Source: Syntrophales bacterium (lineage in GTDB: Bacteria; Desulfobacterota; Syntrophia; Syntrophales; PHBD01). From it: a stretch of DNA of 64,000 nucleotides. The stretch is from contig OY764159.1 in NCBI GenBank assembly GCA_963668175.1, forward strand, positions 4,192,001 to 4,256,000, in the 5' to 3' direction. The notes under the pieces were generated by a model. That model saw nothing but the letters and a program-made list of their open reading frames with translations, searched no databases and had not been told where the DNA came from. A program made the translations under genes and the position numbers. Below, piece by piece: positions 28,347 through 38,900 of this stretch. Numbering within the stretch: position 1 is the stretch's first letter; every line of letters begins with the position of its first letter.

Positions 28347-29066
28347 CTAAATGGCCCTGGCCAGCGTCAGGACGGCGACCTGTTCCGCCCCCGCATCCAT
28401 AAGGCAACGGGCACATTCGCGGAGGGTGCTGCCCGTCGTATAAACGTCGTCGATAAGAATAATGCCGGCCCCTTTGATGTTTCTCGAATCCTTAACCGTG
28501 AAAGCCCCTCGAACATTCGTTTCTCGCTCTTTGCCGCCCAGACTTACCTGAGGTTCCGTATGGCGGAGCCTTCTCAAAGAGATGAAATCCAAAGGAAGGG
28601 CATAACATCTGGACAGTTCCCTGGCCAGAATGACCGACTGGTTAAACCCCCTCTCTCTCAGTTTCTTCTCGTGCAGAGGAACAGGAACGATCAGAGAGTA
28701 GTCGCCGGGATCGAATCCAGGAAAGGAATATGCTGCCATCATGCGCCCCAACATCTGCCCGAGAGCCGTTTCGCGTCCGTATTTGAAGCGATGAACCGCT
28801 TCCAGCAATGTCGCTTTGTATCGTCCTGCCGTCCTTGCCATCACGAATGGGGGCTTGCGGGTGATGCACTCCCCGCAGAGATGGTCCATCGTTCCGTCAT
28901 GTGCGAAGGGCATACCGCAACAACTGCAGAGAGGCGACGATATGAAATCGATTTCTTCAAAACAGGACGGACAGAAAGGGCGGTCGCCTGTGAAGATGAC
29001 CGAGCTGCAGGACACGCAGGACGGGGGAAAGAGCACATCGGAGACGGCTTCTAAAATGCCGCTCAC
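28347..29066 (-). CDS. comF: ComF family protein (double zinc ribbon plus PRTase)
   Basis: LFPPSCVSC, four CxxC pairs, PVPLH, RGFNQS, LIDDVYTTGST; GTG start overlaps the rsfS stop. Confidence 0.9.
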   Translation of the reverse strand: MSGILEAVSDVLFPPSCVSCSSVIFTGDRPFCPSCFEEIDFISSPLCSCCGMPFAHDGTMDHLCGECITRKPPFVMARTAGRYKATLLEAVHRFKYGRETALGQMLGRMMAAYSFPGFDPGDYSLIVPVPLHEKKLRERGFNQSVILARELSRCYALPLDFISLRRLRHTEPQVSLGGKERETNVRGAFTVKDSRNIKGAGIILIDDVYTTGSTLRECARCLMDAGAEQVAVLTLARAI

Positions 29067-29467
29067 AGCATCATCCCGACATCGAGGGTTTTCAATTCGA
29101 AGATATTCTCGGCCACTTCCATCCGGGGCGCATCGGCCCACAGTTTTTCGATATCGTAAAATTCCCTGACCGGTTCGTAAAAGACATGAACAATGACGTC
29201 GCCGTAATCCATGAGGACCCATTTGGCGTTGCTTTCACCCTCAATCCCGATTGGCAGAAAACCGCTCTTTTTCATCTGCTCCTGGACGGATGCGGCTATA
29301 GCCTGCACCTGCCGATCGGAAGTTCCGCTGCAAACAACGAAATAATCGGCGAATGAAGATACTTCTCTGACTGCGATGACGACGAGATTTTTTGCTTTCT
29401 TATCCAGTGCCGCATTGGCACACAACAAGGCCATACTCCTGGTAACGCCTTCCTCCGTTATGGTCAA
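29063..29467 (-). CDS. rsfS: Ribosome silencing factor
   Basis: DKKA, ADYFVVCSG.S.RQV.AIA, WVLMDYGDVIVHVF..R.FYDIE.LW; TTG start after AAGGAGG. Confidence 0.93.
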   Translation of the reverse strand: MTITEEGVTRSMALLCANAALDKKAKNLVVIAVREVSSFADYFVVCSGTSDRQVQAIAASVQEQMKKSGFLPIGIEGESNAKWVLMDYGDVIVHVFYEPVREFYDIEKLWADAPRMEVAENIFELKTLDVGMML

Positions 29468-29744
29468 CAGGCCCTCCTTCTTAATGGAAATATTGAACAA
29501 ATAACGTATTGTTTTCAGTAACAGAAACATTCCCCCGTGTCAATTCTGAATTCGCAGTCCGGAACAACGAAGCCGTCCGGGCGATATTCTTCATAGACAA
29601 CAAGCCTCTTTTTGTGCCATATAACCGGCGCGCATCGCTATACAAACAGCCGCTTGCGAAACGGACAGGTAACGTTCAGAAGCATCTTCGAGACCGTCAG
29701 ACCCGTACCTGACGGGCTATCTCTTATTGACGAGGAGACCGATC

Positions 29745-30434
29745 ATGTTCAGAAGCATTTCCTCTGTTATCGCCGTCATCGGTATATCGATATGGATGAG
29801 TACGAATTTCCCGGCAAGCGCCCTGGCAGCGGACATAAACCTTGGTTTCAAGGCCCGCATCGCCGATGATGTTCTGAACGTCCAAGGAAACGGCGTTCCT
29901 CGGGACGGAGCGAAGAACGCCGCCGAAGCGGCCCGGACAGCCATGGTAGCGGCCATGGTCGATGCCTTAAGGAATCTTGGGGAAGCGGTCCGGCTTGAGA
30001 AGGAACTCATGAAGGAAGCACCGAAAAGATGGTCCCCTGCCGACAAGAAGGAATTTGCCCGGACGGCAAAGCTTTTTTCGCCTTTGCACAGGATCATCAA
30101 AACGACCTGCCAGACGGCCGCAGGCGTTGACGGCAAGTCCCGTTTCGAACGGTGCACCTTCAATTACGGGCCATACAGTCTGCAGAGCAGTACGGACATG
30201 CAGAATAACACGATAACGGCGGACGTCATGACGATGAGAACGCTGGAACATACCGTCAGGATCGTCGATTTCGCAATGGCCTCGTCTGCATGTTCGGATC
30301 TGGCCGAGGTTCTGCCGGACATTATCGGTAAAATGGGATTCCGGATCAACAGCCGGCAACTGCCGGACGGTTCGGCGGAAGTCGATTTGATTTACAGAAA
30401 GACATTGAGAAATGACAACAGCGGCGCACCATGA
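29745..30434 (+). CDS. Exported hypothetical protein
   Basis: GAGGAG SD and signal peptide; G.G......A..AA...A..DA.RNL.E segment reminiscent of LPP20-like proteins. Confidence 0.6.
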   Translation: MFRSISSVIAVIGISIWMSTNFPASALAADINLGFKARIADDVLNVQGNGVPRDGAKNAAEAARTAMVAAMVDALRNLGEAVRLEKELMKEAPKRWSPADKKEFARTAKLFSPLHRIIKTTCQTAAGVDGKSRFERCTFNYGPYSLQSSTDMQNNTITADVMTMRTLEHTVRIVDFAMASSACSDLAEVLPDIIGKMGFRINSRQLPDGSAEVDLIYRKTLRNDNSGAP

Positions 30435-31267
30435 ATCTTGAACCATTCGACAGCATCCAACACGTCCAGATACATATCCCCTTTCATCTTCTCCGGGAAC
30501 GCTACCTGCCCCAGGTGCTGAAGAACCGCTTGCAGCCGGAAATAGGATTCAACTACAGGAACATCGACCGTTACGATAAATCTGACTTTATAGAAACGGC
30601 GAGGCAACTTTCCGATTCAGGATTGAAGGTTACGTTTCACGCCCCATTCCACGATCTGAGGCCGGGAGCGCTGGATTCCAGGATCAGGCAGCTGACGATC
30701 GACCGTCTGAAACAGGTCTTTGAATTGGTACCGTACTATCGCCCCATGACCATTGTTTGCCATCCGGCATTCGATGCGAAATACTATGTATCGGCCGAAG
30801 AGGAGTGGCTCGAAAACAGCGCGGACACGTGGAGGTATTTGCTGTCTCTCGTTGAAGGAACGGACACGATCATCACCCTGGAAAACGTCTACGAAAAAAA
30901 CCCGGAACTCCTGAAGCGCCTGCTTACGGCTGTCCCCTCGCCGCAATTGCGTTTCTGCTTCGACACGGGCCACTTTAACACCTTTTCCAGGGCGCCCCTT
31001 CAAGTCTGGATGAGGGAGATGGCGCCATGGCTCAGCCAGCTTCATATTCACGACAACGACGGATCATCCGACGAACATCTGGCCGTGGGTGAAGGAACCT
31101 TTCCTTTTCCGGAATTCTTCCGGGAAATGCGCCAAGCGAATCTTCTTCCTATCGTAACGATAGAGGCCCATTCCGAAAAGACGCTCCTGAAAACCCTGGA
31201 GAATATCGAAAAAACAGGGCTATTGAAGATGATCCGGCCCTCCGCCGCCGCCGATGCGAAATCATAG
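30431..31267 (+). CDS. Sugar-phosphate isomerase/epimerase (AP endonuclease 2 TIM barrel) family
   Basis: TFHAPF.DL, LENVYE, CFDTGH, HIHDN.G..DEH, TIE.H. Confidence 0.88.
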   Translation: MNLEPFDSIQHVQIHIPFHLLRERYLPQVLKNRLQPEIGFNYRNIDRYDKSDFIETARQLSDSGLKVTFHAPFHDLRPGALDSRIRQLTIDRLKQVFELVPYYRPMTIVCHPAFDAKYYVSAEEEWLENSADTWRYLLSLVEGTDTIITLENVYEKNPELLKRLLTAVPSPQLRFCFDTGHFNTFSRAPLQVWMREMAPWLSQLHIHDNDGSSDEHLAVGEGTFPFPEFFREMRQANLLPIVTIEAHSEKTLLKTLENIEKTGLLKMIRPSAAADAKS

Positions 31268-31459
31268 CTTGCTTTGCCGTATCTGAACAGATAAGATTAT
31301 GGAAGCACAGCTTAAGACCGATCATGATACGAAACAACGTGCATGCCTGCAGACAAGATCGGCAAGGCATCCTGCCTCCGGCTTTTTCATGATCCCTATC
31401 GGATTCCGACGGATTGCTATTACAAAAAGATTTTTTGATTGAATGGAAACAGATATATT

Positions 31460-33973
31460 ATGACCTGGGAGCTTATCCTGCCTTTTGTTGAAAAACCGAG
31501 CCGTTATATCGGTACAGAAATTAATGCCGCCAGGAAAGACCGGCAAGCCTGCCGCCTGAGTTTTGCCCTGGCCTTTCCCGACAGCTACGAAGTGGGGATG
31601 TCTCATCTGGGCATCCAGATTCTTTATGCCATCCTGAACAGCCGGCCCGAGATCGTCGCCGAGCGCTGCTACGCCCCCTGGCCCGATATGGAACGCCAAA
31701 TGAGGAGCCACGGCCTTTCCCTGGCATCCCACGAATCCCACACGCCCCTGCACGCCTTCGACGTGGTCGGATTTTCGCTCCAATACGAATTATCTTATAC
31801 CAACGTCCTCAATATGCTGGATATGGGCGGCATTCCCCTGAGAAGCGCGGACCGCACGGAGAATCATCCCTTGATCGTCGCGGGCGGGCCTTGCGCGTTT
31901 AACCCGGCGCCGATGTCGGCCTTTATGGATGCCTTCGTGATCGGCGAAGGGGAAGAGGTCGTACTCGACCTCGCCGACACGGTCATGAAGGAAAAAGCGA
32001 AGGGCAGAAGCCGGGGGAGCATACTGGAAGCCCTGGCAGCCATAGAGGGCATCTATGTGCCGGCCGTTCATAAGGGGAACGAAACCATCAGGAAGAGGGT
32101 CATTGCCGATCTGAATGCATGGTTGTATCCGGCGAGCCCCCTGGTCCCTCTCATGAAGACGATACACGACCGGGTGACCCTGGAAATAGCCAGAGGCTGC
32201 ACCCGCGGCTGCCGTTTCTGCCAGGCGGGCATGGTATGGCGGCCCGTCCGCGAAAGAAACCCGGAATCCTTGAAAAAGATGGCCGATCAGATGTTGTGTT
32301 CGACGGGCTACGATGAGCTTTCCTTGTTATCGTTGAGTTCAGGGGACTACAGCCTGATCGAGCCGCTGTTGTCCGACCTGATGGAGCGCTACTATCACCG
32401 ACGGATTGCCATCGGACTGCCGTCGCTCCGCGCAGAAACGCTGAAAGAGCGGTTGATCGAAGAAATCAAGCGCGTTCGGAAGACAAGCTTCACGCTGGCT
32501 CCGGAGGCCGGCACCCAGCGGCTGCGCGACGCAATCAACAAGGGCAACAGCGAAGAGGACCTTCTGGCAACGACGGGACGGGTTTTCGATGCGGGCTGGA
32601 AATCGGTGAAACTCTATTACATGCTGGGACTGCCCGGCGAAACGGAAGAGGACATGGAAGGAATCGTCGACCTCAGTTACAAGGTTCTGAAGACCGCCAG
32701 AAATCGCGGCCAGGTGACGGTCAGCATGTCCACCTTCGTCCCGAAGGCATTCACGCCTTTTCAATGGAACGCACAGATCTCATTGGAAGAAACGCGGCAG
32801 AAGCAGGATTACTTCAGAAAACGTCTCAAGCACCGCAACCTGAACGTGAAATGGCACGATGCCCGGATGAGCGTCCTGGAGGGCATTTTCGCCCGGGGCG
32901 ACGAGGAGACGGGTTTGCTCTTTGAAGACGCCTTCCGCCGCGGATGCAGGTTCGACGGGTGGACGGACCGGTTCCGGCATGACCTTTGGGAAGAGGCCGT
33001 TCGCGACAGCGGGCTGGCCGTCGATGCATGGCTTAAGTCCAGGAACCTGACGGACAGACTTCCCTGGGACAGGATCGACTGCGGTATCGATCGCCGTTTT
33101 CTCGTTTCCGAATTGGAAAAATCGGCCGCTCGCGAATCAACGGCGGATTGCCGCACCGGCAAGTGCCATCAGTGCGGCGTATGCGATCACATCAACATTC
33201 GTCCGCTGACCGCCGATGCATTACCCGCTTCGAATACGGACCGGCCGCTGCCCCGGACGGAGGCTTCGGCTGGGCAATCATCTTTGCTGACAGGCCGTTT
33301 TCTCCTCCAATTCGCCAAAACGGGCTTGTCCCGCTTTCTTTCCCATTTGGAATTGTCGTCATCCTTGATCCGCGCCATCAATCAGAGCGGTTTGAATTTC
33401 GTCTTTTCGCAGGGTTTCCACCCCCATCCGAAAATTTCCTTCGCCTGTGCGACGTCCGTGGGCATGGCAAGCGAGGGGGAATTCGCGGAGATACAGATAC
33501 AGAGGCATTCAGAGCCCATCGAGAAGATCCTGCAAAGGATCAACGCCTTCCTGCCAGCGGGCGTTGAAGTCCTCACCTTCAGACCCATCCCTTCCTATGG
33601 CCGTTCATTGTCCGAGACGGTCACCGGTTTCGAATACCGCGTCGTTCTGCCCGATGCTGTGCCCCGAGAGGGACTGCCGGCCATAACGGAGCAAATCTCT
33701 GCTTTTATGGCCAGCCGGGAATGGGTTGTCGTCCGGGAAGCGAAAGGAAAGGCCTCCACCAAAAATATTCGCCCGCTGGTGAAAGCATTGACTTTGGAGG
33801 ACGACGCGATTATACGGATGATCGTCGATTTCGGTCCGGAGGGATCGGTGAAGCCCTCGGATATCCTGACCCAGGTTCTCAAGCTGAATCAGGAACTGGT
33901 AAGAACGATGTGTATCGTGAAAGTCGGAACGCTTTTCCGCGAAGAGACAAACACCGGAACATCATGTCCATGA
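31460..33973 (+). CDS. TIGR03960-type B12-binding radical SAM protein fused to a TIGR03936/DUF2344 domain
   Basis: VEKPSRY.G.E, FPD.YEVGMSHLG, RGCTRGCRFCQAG, C..C..CGVC linker, F.K.G..RFLSHL, FSQGFHPHPK. Confidence 0.9.
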   Translation: MTWELILPFVEKPSRYIGTEINAARKDRQACRLSFALAFPDSYEVGMSHLGIQILYAILNSRPEIVAERCYAPWPDMERQMRSHGLSLASHESHTPLHAFDVVGFSLQYELSYTNVLNMLDMGGIPLRSADRTENHPLIVAGGPCAFNPAPMSAFMDAFVIGEGEEVVLDLADTVMKEKAKGRSRGSILEALAAIEGIYVPAVHKGNETIRKRVIADLNAWLYPASPLVPLMKTIHDRVTLEIARGCTRGCRFCQAGMVWRPVRERNPESLKKMADQMLCSTGYDELSLLSLSSGDYSLIEPLLSDLMERYYHRRIAIGLPSLRAETLKERLIEEIKRVRKTSFTLAPEAGTQRLRDAINKGNSEEDLLATTGRVFDAGWKSVKLYYMLGLPGETEEDMEGIVDLSYKVLKTARNRGQVTVSMSTFVPKAFTPFQWNAQISLEETRQKQDYFRKRLKHRNLNVKWHDARMSVLEGIFARGDEETGLLFEDAFRRGCRFDGWTDRFRHDLWEEAVRDSGLAVDAWLKSRNLTDRLPWDRIDCGIDRRFLVSELEKSAARESTADCRTGKCHQCGVCDHINIRPLTADALPASNTDRPLPRTEASAGQSSLLTGRFLLQFAKTGLSRFLSHLELSSSLIRAINQSGLNFVFSQGFHPHPKISFACATSVGMASEGEFAEIQIQRHSEPIEKILQRINAFLPAGVEVLTFRPIPSYGRSLSETVTGFEYRVVLPDAVPREGLPAITEQISAFMASREWVVVREAKGKASTKNIRPLVKALTLEDDAIIRMIVDFGPEGSVKPSDILTQVLKLNQELVRTMCIVKVGTLFREETNTGTSCP

Positions 33974-35334
33974 ATTCGGACGCATCCAGAGAGAAAGCTG
34001 CAACGATAACGGCAAAGCTTCACCGTGCGGGTTATGAAGCCTACTTTGTGGGGGGCTGTGTCCGCGATATGGTCCGCGGCGTACCGCCCGCGGATTATGA
34101 CATCGTGACCTCGGCGCTTCCGGAACAGGTCCAATCGCTTTTTCCAAGAACCATTCCGGTCGGAGCCGCTTTCGGCGTCATCCTTGTCGTTGAAGACGGC
34201 CATCCGTACGAAGTAGCCACATACCGAACGGAGCACGGATACGAGGACGGACGACATCCGTCTCAGGTGACGTATTCGACGGCAGAGCAAGACGTTCTTC
34301 GGCGGGACTTTACGATCAACGGACTGCTCATGGAACCTGAATCGGGACGGGTCATCGATTACGTGGGGGGCGTTGCTGATATCGAGAACAGGATCGTCCG
34401 CACGATCGGGGACCCGGAAGAACGCTTCACGGAAGATCATCTCCGTATGATCAGGGCCGTAAGGTTTTCGGCCAATCTTTCCTATGGCGTCCACCCGGAA
34501 ACGCTGCAGGCGATCAGGAAAAACGCGCCGCTTGTCCGGAGAATCAGCCGGGAACGTATCCGGGAAGAGATGACCAAGATCCTCACGGGGCGCGGAGCCC
34601 GCTCCGGGGTGGAGATGCTGGCAGAATCGGGCATCCTCAAGGAAATCCTTCCCGAACTCGTCGCTTTGCAGGGCGTTGAGCAACCGCCATTCTACCATCC
34701 GGAAGGCGACGTATGGGAACACACCCTGCGGATGCTCTTCATCCTGTCCGAATCGGCCCCGACCGATCCCAGGCTCGCATGGGCCGTTGTCCTCCATGAC
34801 ATCGGCAAGGCGGTGAGCCGCTCGGAAGACGACGCCGGCGTTCATTTCTACGGCCACGTCCAGACGGGAAAGGAGATTGCCGCAGCGATCCTCGAACGTC
34901 TGAGGTTTTCACGAAGCGACCAGGAAACGATCATGGCCCTGGTTCAGGAGCACATGAAATTCATGCACGTCCGCGACATGCGCCCCAGCAAAATCAAACG
35001 CTTCATCAGGAAGGCCGATTTCGACCTCCATCTCGAACTGCATCGTCTCGACTGCCTCGGGAGCCATGGCATGCTTGACAACTACGAATTTTGCCGCGGG
35101 AAGCTGGATGAATTCACGGTGGAGGAACTCCATCCGCCCAGGTTACTGAACGGCGACGATCTTATCGCCATGGGTTTCCTGCCCGGGAGGCACTTCAAGG
35201 AGATTCTCCGGGAGTTGGAAGACGCCCAGTTGAGCGGTCAGGTTCACTCTACGGAAGAGGCCCGTACCCTGGTCATGACCCGATACGGCGGACTGCTTCC
35301 CGAACCGGACGGACGGAAGGTGACGCCGTCGTGA
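33964..35334 (+). CDS. cca: CCA tRNA nucleotidyltransferase with HD domain
   Basis: VGGCVRD, DYDIVT, RRDFTIN, EDHLR; HPEGDVWEHT...HDIGK. Confidence 0.9.
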   Translation: MSMNSDASREKAATITAKLHRAGYEAYFVGGCVRDMVRGVPPADYDIVTSALPEQVQSLFPRTIPVGAAFGVILVVEDGHPYEVATYRTEHGYEDGRHPSQVTYSTAEQDVLRRDFTINGLLMEPESGRVIDYVGGVADIENRIVRTIGDPEERFTEDHLRMIRAVRFSANLSYGVHPETLQAIRKNAPLVRRISRERIREEMTKILTGRGARSGVEMLAESGILKEILPELVALQGVEQPPFYHPEGDVWEHTLRMLFILSESAPTDPRLAWAVVLHDIGKAVSRSEDDAGVHFYGHVQTGKEIAAAILERLRFSRSDQETIMALVQEHMKFMHVRDMRPSKIKRFIRKADFDLHLELHRLDCLGSHGMLDNYEFCRGKLDEFTVEELHPPRLLNGDDLIAMGFLPGRHFKEILRELEDAQLSGQVHSTEEARTLVMTRYGGLLPEPDGRKVTPS

Positions 35335-35374
35335 AGGAAAGCATTCTTCACGGCATCTACTTTGATGGGGTTCG

Positions 35375-36721
35375 TCAATAACCGGTTTTTTGAGAATCCC
35401 TGCTGCCGACGACGGTCATACCGATGATGTCGCTCAAATACCCTTTCCCGCGTCTATGCCTTTTGGATTTCACTCCCGGCTGGAGGGTTGTGACGGCGGC
35501 ATGCCCGACAATCTGTCTGCTGCTTTTCTTTCGGGTCTTCTTGTCCCGGGCACTCCAGAAATTGTGAAAAACGAGAATCTCCCCATTGTAACTGCCCATA
35601 TAGAGCATGATGTGCCCCTTGACCCAAAGCAGCGTCATGTAGGGAACGCCTTCTTTGAGAATGATCTTCTCTTTATCTTTCGAGGGAACCTCCCGGAGGT
35701 CGATGAACGATCCTCCCTCCAGAGCCTGATTCTTGGAGTTTCTCGGCATCCATATGCCGAAAGGCACGAACAGGTCCATGATCATGGCGGAACAATCCCT
35801 GTTCTGATAAAGCCCTCCCCATCCGTAGGGTTCATTGATAAGCTCGTTGGCAACCATGGCCATGTTGGTTCGGGTCAGCGGTAAAGGCTTCAGGGCAACG
35901 GCATCCGCCGGAACCACGGCCTTTTCAACGACGGCCCTGCCTGTCTGATTCGCAACGGCCACCGCAATATTCCGTTTCTTGCCGTCGGTACTTTCGCCTT
36001 CGTCCGGAAACAGGGTACCGATAGGCGCATTGAACAAATGCCGGCCGTTCTCGTCATAGATGGAAAGCTTGTCCTTAATCGGAACGACAAATGGTCTCTC
36101 CTTCCATTGTCCGATGAAATCGGCGTCGACGCGGGCCACGTCCTTGGCCGGAAGCCAGCCGTATGTATATCCGGTCTCGACGAAGACCCAGGTCCTGTCT
36201 TTCGTCCAGTGTGACAGATAGACGGGGGTGTTGACGTAAATGGCCGACTGCTGGAAATTATCGAAGGGATAGGTACAGCGTCCTGTTTCGCAATGGTTGA
36301 AATGGGGCCTCCGCGTGGGCAATACCCTCAAGTCCGAATTTGCTATGGCGATGCCCCTGCCTCCGCCGTTGGGAAAACTTTCCAGGTCGATATTTTCGGC
36401 CAGGGAATCTATCCATTCGAGGCTGTGTTTCCTGAGATTCTCGCCGTAGCCCGGATTATGGCGATAGATTTTCAGCTCTTCTTCGATTTCCGCTTTTGTA
36501 TAGCGCGGTTTTTCACAGGTCCAGGGTAAAAAATACATTTTATTGAAAACCGCATCCATCCTCTGCTGCTCTTCCCGAGGCGCCAATTCCTGAGTAGTCG
36601 ATATCTTGTCAAGATAGTAGCGGTGATCCTGCTTTAAAACGCGGATATCCCGAATGACGTCGGACGATCCGAAAAGACCCGATATTATTAACAGCCAGGC
36701 AATCCCGTTATGATAAAACAT
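35375..36721 (-). CDS. SH3/NlpC-P60 cell-wall peptidase (YkfC-like)
   Basis: PYGWGG...RDCS, PRNS..Q, GHIMLY.G, FHN. Confidence 0.88.
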   Translation of the reverse strand: MFYHNGIAWLLIISGLFGSSDVIRDIRVLKQDHRYYLDKISTTQELAPREEQQRMDAVFNKMYFLPWTCEKPRYTKAEIEEELKIYRHNPGYGENLRKHSLEWIDSLAENIDLESFPNGGGRGIAIANSDLRVLPTRRPHFNHCETGRCTYPFDNFQQSAIYVNTPVYLSHWTKDRTWVFVETGYTYGWLPAKDVARVDADFIGQWKERPFVVPIKDKLSIYDENGRHLFNAPIGTLFPDEGESTDGKKRNIAVAVANQTGRAVVEKAVVPADAVALKPLPLTRTNMAMVANELINEPYGWGGLYQNRDCSAMIMDLFVPFGIWMPRNSKNQALEGGSFIDLREVPSKDKEKIILKEGVPYMTLLWVKGHIMLYMGSYNGEILVFHNFWSARDKKTRKKSSRQIVGHAAVTTLQPGVKSKRHRRGKGYLSDIIGMTVVGSRDSQKTGY

Positions 36722-36929
36722 GAGTGTTTCCCGATTCGCAGTCTAAATATTCATCATGGCCGATTTATTGCTTATTTTAACACAAGACCCTATGAACGGC
36801 AAACGTTATAAATGAATGGCAATACTGAAGAAAGACTGTTATATTATAAGGGTAGATAAAATTCGCAGAATTGAACTTTTTGGAGACCGCTCCTGTTTCC
36901 TGAAAAGACAACAGCTGAGGAGGAATGAC

Positions 36930-37145
36930 ATGGATGAGCAGGTATTGATTTATGGAAAACAGGGGTGACCTTACACGGATATGGCCAGGTCGGTCTATGG
37001 AAAGAGGGCTCTGTTCATCGATGTGAAATTGGATGGCGCAAAGCTTAAGGAGATGCTGAAATTATCCGGTGGATCGAGGCAGGTACCCGTTATCGTCGCC
37101 GCCGGCAAGGTGACCATAGGTTACGGCGGCTCTTGAGGCGTATAA
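36930..37145 (+). CDS. Glutaredoxin-like selenoprotein with two Sec (UXX-star type), 71 aa
   Basis: Not in ORF track. GAGGAGG SD, then MDEQVLIYGKQG-U-PYTDMARSVYGKRALFIDVKLDGAKLKEMLKLSGGSRQVPVIVAAGKVTIGYGGS-U-GV*; TGA at 36966 and 37134. Confidence 0.88.
36979..36998 (+). promoter_or_regulatory. SECIS-like hairpin for Sec13
   Basis: ATA-T(bulge)-GGCC-AGGTC-GGTC-TAT, starting 11 nt after TGA; loop and bulged U resemble the E. coli fdhF SECIS. Confidence 0.75.
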
Positions 37146-37146
37146 A

Positions 37147-37165
37147 GACCTCCCGTCGGGAGGTT
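37147..37165 (+). promoter_or_regulatory. SECIS-like hairpin for Sec69
   Basis: GACCTCCC-GTC-GGGAGGTT, starting 11 nt after the second TGA, in the 3' UTR. Confidence 0.65.
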
Positions 37166-37325
37166 GTGTCCGGGCGCGAGTGTGGGCCATGAGCCGGTTT
37201 TCACTTCGTTAAAACGTATTATTTTATAATGAGTCTTTCCCCTAATCCGTTGACAAAAGGCGGCCGACGTAATAAATAGTGCAGGGAGGACAAGACTTGA
37301 AATCAAACAAGGAGGTCTAAGTTAT

Positions 37326-37832
37326 ATGTCGGATGAAACCAAAACGATAAATCAGGCCGTAAAAGCGATGGTAGACAAAGAAGGAAAATATCTGACCTTC
37401 TCGCTCGCCGGAGAGGAATACGGTATCGGGATATTGAAGGTGAAAGAGATTATAGGAATGATGTCGATTACCATGGTCCCGCAGACGCCGGTGTATATGA
37501 AAGGGGTCATTAATTTAAGGGGCAAGGTCATCCCTGTCGTCGATCTCAGGATTAAATTCGGGATGGACCCCATCGAATATAACGAGCGAACCTGCATCAT
37601 CGTAGTGGAAATCAGCGGCGAAGGCCGAACCATTCACATGGGCATCGTCGTCGACTCCGTCTCCGAAGTATTGAATATAAAGGCTGCAGACATCGAAGAG
37701 ACACCGAACTTCGGTACTCAGCTCAATACGGAATATATTCTGGGCATGGCCAAATCGGCAGGAGGGATTAAGATCCTCCTCGACATCGATCGCGTCCTGA
37801 GCACGGAAGAAATTGCCGGTATGACGAAATAA
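37326..37832 (+). CDS. cheW: Chemotaxis coupling protein CheW
   Basis: KYLTF.L..EEYGI.I.KVKEII, KGVINLRGKVIPVVDLR, GIVVDSVSEV. Confidence 0.95.
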   Translation: MSDETKTINQAVKAMVDKEGKYLTFSLAGEEYGIGILKVKEIIGMMSITMVPQTPVYMKGVINLRGKVIPVVDLRIKFGMDPIEYNERTCIIVVEISGEGRTIHMGIVVDSVSEVLNIKAADIEETPNFGTQLNTEYILGMAKSAGGIKILLDIDRVLSTEEIAGMTK

Positions 37833-38030
37833 ATCGCAGCAACAAATACAGCATTTGATGCCCGAGGAGAAGCGGCAAGATAGGGACATGCATCCGTCCG
37901 ATGAGGATTCTTTTATATTCATGAATACGACCCGCTCTGAACGGATAATCGTCGATGGTGCGACCGATGGCCGCCGTCCTACTGCTAAGCGGATCTATAC
38001 CAGATGAGTTCATCACACGGTCGGTTAGAT

Positions 38031-38900
38031 ATGTGTGAAAATGCCGCCTCCTCCGATAACCTGCCGAAACTGAAGTCTGAAAACATCGGCGACATTCATC
38101 TCACCTACCTCGATTATGAAACCCAGGGACCGCCCCTGGTATTTTTGCACGCGACGGGGTTTCTGCCCTGGCTTTGGCATCCCGTCGCAAGAAGACTCAC
38201 TGCTGCTTTCCATTCGATCGCCCCGTACTTCTGCGACCACAGGGATTCCAATCCCCGGACCGGCGCCATGCACTGGTCGACATTGGCGGAAGATTTAAAG
38301 TCCCTTTGCGACCGGCTCCGCATAGAAAACGGTTTTTTTGTGGGACATTCCATGGGTGCGACCGTCCTGACGATAGCCGCCGCATCGTACGGGTTGAAAC
38401 CGAAAGCGATGATCCTGATTGAGCCGATCTACCTCCCCGGCGATTTCTATACAAGATCCATCACCGTCGAAGAGCATATCCTCGCCTCGAAAGCCTTAAG
38501 GCGCAGGAACGACTGGAGCGATGACGACGAAGCACGGCAATACCTGGAATCGCGCGACCTGTTCAAAAACTGGGATGGCGAAGCACTCGATCTTTACATC
38601 CGGCATGGATTGACTGAACGCGGCAACGGCAGGCTCCAGCTCGTATGTTCCCCCCAGAGAGAAGCATCATTGTTCATGGGCGGCGTTCACGAAGATCCCT
38701 GGCCTCTCCTTCCCCGCGTCCAATGTCCCGTCCTCGTCATCGAGGGAGAAACGAGCGACAACAAAAAGTTCATAGATCTCAAGAAGGCTTCGTCACTGTT
38801 TCCGAAAGGATCGTACAAGCTTGTAGAAAGCGTGGGGCATCTCATCCCGATGGAGAATCCCCAAGCCGTCATCCGGATTATCGACGACTTTTTTAAATGA
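38031..38900 (+). CDS. Alpha/beta hydrolase
   Basis: LVFLHATGF, GHSMG nucleophile elbow, GHLIPMENP; start 38004 or 38031. Confidence 0.9.
   Translation: MCENAASSDNLPKLKSENIGDIHLTYLDYETQGPPLVFLHATGFLPWLWHPVARRLTAAFHSIAPYFCDHRDSNPRTGAMHWSTLAEDLKSLCDRLRIENGFFVGHSMGATVLTIAAASYGLKPKAMILIEPIYLPGDFYTRSITVEEHILASKALRRRNDWSDDDEARQYLESRDLFKNWDGEALDLYIRHGLTERGNGRLQLVCSPQREASLFMGGVHEDPWPLLPRVQCPVLVIEGETSDNKKFIDLKKASSLFPKGSYKLVESVGHLIPMENPQAVIRIIDDFFK

Noticed and set aside
33721..33963. N-terminal extension of cca in the track
   Set aside because: Overlaps the radical SAM gene; homology starts near 33964.
36966..37136. Pseudogene interpretation of the two TGA codons
   Set aside because: Both TGAs fall at redox-motif positions and both have correctly spaced hairpins; Sec recoding explains them better.
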